A DNA stretch of 64,000 bases from positions 1,604,011 through 1,668,010 of the forward strand of contig NC_019977.1 in the NCBI RefSeq assembly GCF_000328665.1, written 5' to 3'. Below the pieces are notes generated by a model. That model worked only from the letters and a program-made list of their open reading frames with translations, was not told the origin of the DNA and did not search any database. The DNA comes from Methanomethylovorans hollandica DSM 15978 (GTDB lineage: Archaea; Halobacteriota; Methanosarcinia; Methanosarcinales; Methanosarcinaceae). Position 1 is the first letter of the stretch; each line of letters begins with the position of its first letter. Of the stretch, positions 59,755 through 64,000 are shown in pieces. Position numbers and translations under genes: made by a program.

Positions 59755-61038
59755 TCATTCATCAAGCATTTCTATTTTTGCTCCGATGGAACTAATTTCC
59801 TCAAAGAATTTAGGATACGAGATGGACACAGAGTCAGCAGTATCTATCGTGGTTTTTCCGGCAACCATTGCTGCAAGGGTCAATGCCATCACTATCCTGT
59901 GGTCATGCCATCCATGTAGATCTGCTCCGGCGAGCTTGCCGCCAGTGATAGTAAGACTGTCTGGCTCCTCTTTGATCATGATACCCATCTTTGAAAGTTC
60001 CACTGCCATGGCATGCAACCTGTCGGTCTCTTTATAGCGCACATGCTTTGCATTGCCTATCACAGTCACGCCATCGGCAACAGCAGCAAGTACTGCTACA
60101 GTGGGGACAAGATCAGGGGTGGCTCCGGCATCGAAGTTTATGCCTTTAAGTTGTTTTCCTTCAACTGTCACAACACCTTGTTGCGCGTCCCACTGCACCT
60201 CTGCCCCCATGAGCCTCAGCACATTGATGATCTCGGAATCACCCTGCTTTGAAGGGAAAAGATTATGGACAGTGATGCATGAGCCAAGCATTGCTGCAGC
60301 TGCAAGCAGATAGGAAGCAGAAGAAAAATCTCCCGGAACAGTGTAATCTTTAAGATCGTACTGCTGATTTGCAGGAATGATGAACTTAATACCATTGGAT
60401 TCATCCACAAGTATCTTTACTCCTGCTTCCTGTAACATTTCTACTGTAATGTCCACGTAAGGTCTGGACTTCAGCTCTCCTTTTATGGAAAGGATCGTAT
60501 CTTCAGTGGCAAGGGGACAAGCCATGAGCAATGCAGAAATGAACTGCGAGCTCATGGAACCATCTATCTCAGCGGCAGAGCCTTTGAGCCCGCCTCTTAC
60601 TACAATGGGAGCACAGCCGTTGTTCCTTGTGGAAAATACGTCTACATTAAGCCTGTTGAGCACATCCAGAAGCGGCTGATTGGGCCTTCCTCTGATGGAA
60701 CTGTCACCTGTTAGCACTGTCGCGCCATTTGCCAGTGAAGATATGGCGGTCATGAGGCGCAGAGTAGTACCAGAGTTCTTCACATCTATTACATCATCAG
60801 GAACACCGGGTTTTCCCTTCATGCCTATTATATGCAGATCACCATTGACTTTTTCTATTTTAGCTCCTAATTTTTCACAAGCTGCTACGGTTGCCAGTGT
60901 ATCTGCTGACAATAAGGGTTTTCTTACGATGCATTCGCAGGAAAGCGCACCTATGGTAATAGCACGATGCGTATAACTTTTGGACGTCGGTGCGTTCAAC
61001 TCTCCGCCAATATTTGAGACATCAACTGAAACCCTCAT
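59755..61038 (-). CDS. aroA: 3-phosphoshikimate 1-carboxyvinyltransferase
   Basis: SKSYTHRA, NSGTTLR, SSQFISALL, PGDFSSA, KETDR, DHRIVMA, SYPKF. Confidence 0.96.
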   Translation of the reverse strand: MRVSVDVSNIGGELNAPTSKSYTHRAITIGALSCECIVRKPLLSADTLATVAACEKLGAKIEKVNGDLHIIGMKGKPGVPDDVIDVKNSGTTLRLMTAISSLANGATVLTGDSSIRGRPNQPLLDVLNRLNVDVFSTRNNGCAPIVVRGGLKGSAAEIDGSMSSQFISALLMACPLATEDTILSIKGELKSRPYVDITVEMLQEAGVKILVDESNGIKFIIPANQQYDLKDYTVPGDFSSASYLLAAAAMLGSCITVHNLFPSKQGDSEIINVLRLMGAEVQWDAQQGVVTVEGKQLKGINFDAGATPDLVPTVAVLAAVADGVTVIGNAKHVRYKETDRLHAMAVELSKMGIMIKEEPDSLTITGGKLAGADLHGWHDHRIVMALTLAAMVAGKTTIDTADSVSISYPKFFEEISSIGAKIEMLDE

Positions 61039-61143
61039 TTGTGTACAACCTCATCTTGCAAAACTTCTGCTGATGGAAACTAAAAGCTGCCAAAGCATTC
61101 CAATCGCAAAGATAATACTCCACAATGCCTATTAACCTTATTG

Positions 61144-61596
61144 ATGGCAAAAGGACCTACATGTTACACAATCGGATATGGGGATCGTACTCTTGAGGAA
61201 TTCATATCCCTGATACTGAACAGCAATATCACCCACCTTATAGATGTAAGGCATTATCCCCATTCATGGATGGAGGATTTTGACAAGGAATCATTGCAGA
61301 CAATACTTCCAAAGAATGGGATCGCTTATGTGCACTGTGCCGGGGTGGGTGGCATGCGGGAAAGCTCTTACAGTGAATATATGGAAACAGAAGAATTCAA
61401 CAACAGTTTTACCAGGCTTGTTGCTTTCATATTGGAAGTAAATAGCATAGATGGAAACCCGGTCTTAATGTGTGCTGAAAAGAATCCTAAGGACTGCCAC
61501 AGGAGATACCTGGCACAGCACCTGGAACAACAATCGGGAATAGAAATAGTGCATCTGACCGAGACAGGTCAGATGGATCTGTGTTCTTTTTTCTGA
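61144..61596 (+). CDS. DUF488 family protein
   Basis: YTIGYG, LIDVR.YP.S, LMCAEK...CHR. Confidence 0.85.
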   Translation: MAKGPTCYTIGYGDRTLEEFISLILNSNITHLIDVRHYPHSWMEDFDKESLQTILPKNGIAYVHCAGVGGMRESSYSEYMETEEFNNSFTRLVAFILEVNSIDGNPVLMCAEKNPKDCHRRYLAQHLEQQSGIEIVHLTETGQMDLCSFF

Positions 61597-61602
61597 TAGT
61601 TA

Positions 61603-62460
61603 TTACATTGACCGAAGACGAGCTACCCTTTCTTCAGTTGCAGGATGTGTCCGGAACAGATTGCTTAAGCCGCCTCCTTTCAGAGGATTGACTATGAACA
61701 TGTGGGCAGTATTGTCCGATGCCTGCACATCTCCCCGCCTTGGCCGGTAGAGAGTCGCACCAGATTCCAGCTTTTCCAGTGCACTTGCTAGAGCCCATGG
61801 TTTTTTAGATATCCTTGCTCCCTCTTCATCGGCAGCAAACTCCCTTGATCTGGATATGGCAAGCTGGATGATGGTGGCTGCAAGAGGGGCTACAATGGCC
61901 AATGCTAAAAAGCCAAGTATATTGTTACTTCCTTCTTCATCACGACCTCCTAGTCCCCCAAATATGGCTGCCCACTGTACCCATGTGGCGATCATGGAGA
62001 TAACACCTGCAATGGTCGCTGCGATCGCACTAATCAGCGTGTCCCTGTTTTTCACATGAGCCATTTCATGTGCCAGTACGCCCTCAAGCTCTTCTGTGGT
62101 CAGAAGGTCCAATATACCTGTAGTGGCAGCTACAGCTGCATGCTTGGGATCTCTGCCGGTTGCAAAGGCATTGGGCATAGCCGTATGGACTATATAGACC
62201 TTGGGCATGGGCATGTCTGCAAGGGTTGCAAGCTTCTTCACTATGTTGTGCAGTTGTGGATGTTCTGAAGCAGTTACCTCTTGTGCCTTGTACATGCGCA
62301 GTACGATCTTATCACTGTACCAGTAAGTACCGAAGTTCATGATTATAGCAAATAAAAAGGCTATAATCATTCCCGAAGGCCCTCCGATGAGCCTTCCCAC
62401 TATGACCAGCAGACCGGTCAAAGATGCCAATAACAAAGTTGTTTTTAGCATGTTTCCCAT
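61603..62460 (-). CDS. htpX: Zinc metalloprotease HtpX
   Basis: [26 protein letters not shown]. Confidence 0.95.
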   Translation of the reverse strand: MGNMLKTTLLLASLTGLLVIVGRLIGGPSGMIIAFLFAIIMNFGTYWYSDKIVLRMYKAQEVTASEHPQLHNIVKKLATLADMPMPKVYIVHTAMPNAFATGRDPKHAAVAATTGILDLLTTEELEGVLAHEMAHVKNRDTLISAIAATIAGVISMIATWVQWAAIFGGLGGRDEEGSNNILGFLALAIVAPLAATIIQLAISRSREFAADEEGARISKKPWALASALEKLESGATLYRPRRGDVQASDNTAHMFIVNPLKGGGLSNLFRTHPATEERVARLRSM

Positions 62461-62590
62461 ATTGTTTTTACCTCAAGGATCTCTTTTGAATTTCTCATAA
62501 ATTTACATATACTATATGTATGTCCATCTATAAAAATAGATCTGCTCAGAATAAATATATAAATTTAGTGTAAAAAGTGGTATGTCACGC

Positions 62591-62860
62591 TCACATCTCT
62601 TCGATGGTGATGTTCTCCTCTTTTTCCATCTCAATGATAAGAGCTTCCAGTTCTTTCATTTCCTGCTCCATATCCTGTACCTCAGTGTCGGTTATACTTA
62701 CATTGCCTTCCGATAATATCGCATCAGCAGCCGCAGTATTATTTGTAAGAGATATTTGAGATGAGGGTGCTTCAGAAGCAGTATCACTTTTATCTGCACA
62801 TCCGGAAATTACAAGGCCACAGGCCATAATGACAAGGATATAAATACTAGCATATTTAAT
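62591..62860 (-). CDS. Small putative lipoprotein (start ATT 62860 or ATG 62827)
   Basis: Lipobox-like ISG-C followed by ADK and an acidic coiled tail; in-frame hydrophobic KYASIYILVI upstream of the ATG. Confidence 0.65.
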   Translation of the reverse strand: MKYASIYILVIMACGLVISGCADKSDTASEAPSSQISLTNNTAAADAILSEGNVSITDTEVQDMEQEMKELEALIIEMEKEENITIEEM

Positions 62861-62863
62861 ATT

Positions 62864-64000
62864 TTATTCCTCCTGTGAACTATATTCTTCGGGACCACTT
62901 TCAAATCGGGAAGCCCAGTGTTTGCTTTCTTCGCCAGTGACTGCCGTATATGTGCCTTCTCCTGAAAGTACAGTGCTTCCGTTTCCTTCGATTTTCAGAT
63001 CAAGTTCTGTACCTTTTATCATAACCGTAAGCCTGCTACCCGAAATGCTCACTTTGGCTGTAAGGTCAGAATATACCAGTGCTCTCTTTTGCTCAGCCTC
63101 AAGGGAATTATCTAGTTCCAGGACTATTTCAGAACCATTGCTGATCTTTATTTTTGCATCGCCTGCATGGTCCTTGATCACAAGCTGCGCATCATCTATT
63201 GTCATCTCTGCGGCTATATCTCCTGAAAGTACAGCAGTACCATTGCCTTTTGCCAGAAGTGTGCCATCACCATTAAGGGAAACTACTCCCTGCCTGTAAG
63301 TTTGAAGGATCCGAGATATCCTAGAGAGCACAGCATTTGCATCTTTGAGGTTCTCTGCCGAAGCACTCCAATATTTCCCTGAAGTGTCACCACCATTCTG
63401 ATACGTCTCTCTTGCACGTTCCCTATTCTGCCGGGCTTGTTCTATAAGACCATTGTATTCCAGGAGCAATTCTTCAAGTTCTGAAGTATCCTCTCCCTGA
63501 TTTTGAAGTATTTCCACTTCCAGCGAAAGGCGCTCTGAAAGAGAGGTGGACTTGTTCAGATAAATCTCAACTTTATCATCTACGAATTTTACCCTTGTCT
63601 TGTAGGCGTCTTTCACGGCATCTCTCCAGATATCATGAATATTCCTGGCCGACTTAGCGAGTTCCTTGGTTGTGGTAGCATTTTCAACAATATACTTTTC
63701 AGCATCAAGTTTAGAGATATGGTCATCGAGGTCAGCAATGATCTCATCGGCATCTTCTCTCTGAGATTCATCCACTTTCTCCTTAAGGTCTTCTAAATTA
63801 GATATTGTATAATCAATGGTTTCAAGCAAATAGGCCTGCCTTACCTCAAAAACTTCCTTTGAAGAAGCATTGATCTTACCACTGTTCATGTTGACATTTA
63901 TTTGCTGTAATTTTTCCTTTGCAGCAAAATAATCATCTCTGTTCTTTTGCTGTCTTTCAGTGGCACCTTTGTCATCCGGATCATCATTGCCACTTACCGA
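62864..64000 (-). CDS. Partial (5' truncated) coiled-coil protein with C-terminal Gly-rich beta domain
   Basis: Frame open from 64000 (SVSGNDDPDD...) to stop at 62864; helical acidic N-half, GDGTLLAKGNGTAVLSG and GNGSTVLSGEG repeats. Confidence 0.75.
   Translation of the reverse strand, partial: SVSGNDDPDDKGATERQQKNRDDYFAAKEKLQQINVNMNSGKINASSKEVFEVRQAYLLETIDYTISNLEDLKEKVDESQREDADEIIADLDDHISKLDAEKYIVENATTTKELAKSARNIHDIWRDAVKDAYKTRVKFVDDKVEIYLNKSTSLSERLSLEVEILQNQGEDTSELEELLLEYNGLIEQARQNRERARETYQNGGDTSGKYWSASAENLKDANAVLSRISRILQTYRQGVVSLNGDGTLLAKGNGTAVLSGDIAAEMTIDDAQLVIKDHAGDAKIKISNGSEIVLELDNSLEAEQKRALVYSDLTAKVSISGSRLTVMIKGTELDLKIEGNGSTVLSGEGTYTAVTGEESKHWASRFESGPEEYSSQEE

Noticed and set aside
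1..64000. CRISPR arrays, IS elements, rRNA, in-frame pyrrolysine genes
   Set aside because: No spaced direct-repeat array, transposase or rRNA seen; read-through of the four TAG stops gives only short, unrecognisable extensions

Overview
Chromosomal window from a methanogenic archaeon of the Methanosarcinaceae. The mcrBDCGA operon with divergent mmp10, the Mrp antiporter and the archaeal mevalonate cluster support this; a Methanomethylovorans/Methanolobus-like identity is my inference. Bases 1-17.5 kb are a minus-strand, capsid-less phage-tail-like extracellular contractile injection system (eCIS, Afp/PVC-like). It encodes an AAA+ ATPase, DUF4255 cap, sheath, two tubes, chaperone pair, LysM protein, hub, spike, PAAR, gp25, two baseplate proteins and a truncated beta-propeller protein, and it runs off the left edge. 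The rest is mostly housekeeping: ppdK, the ribosomal/RNAP/mevalonate superoperon with an intron-containing tRNA-Pro, serA, alaX, a small accessory transporter patch, mrpA-G, a form III RuBisCO homologue, sua5, polC (DP2), mmp10, mcrBDCGA, a hydantoinase-like gene, aroA and htpX. The most notable observations are: the archaeal eCIS, with an apparent ATT start on its sheath gene, a GGGGGAA G/GT-type frameshift site and an HhH domain inserted in a baseplate protein; a RuBisCO homologue with many substituted catalytic residues; a candidate C-rich-loop sRNA; and an unannotated Hsp20 pseudogene. Family assignments come from motif recognition by eye; no database search was run.
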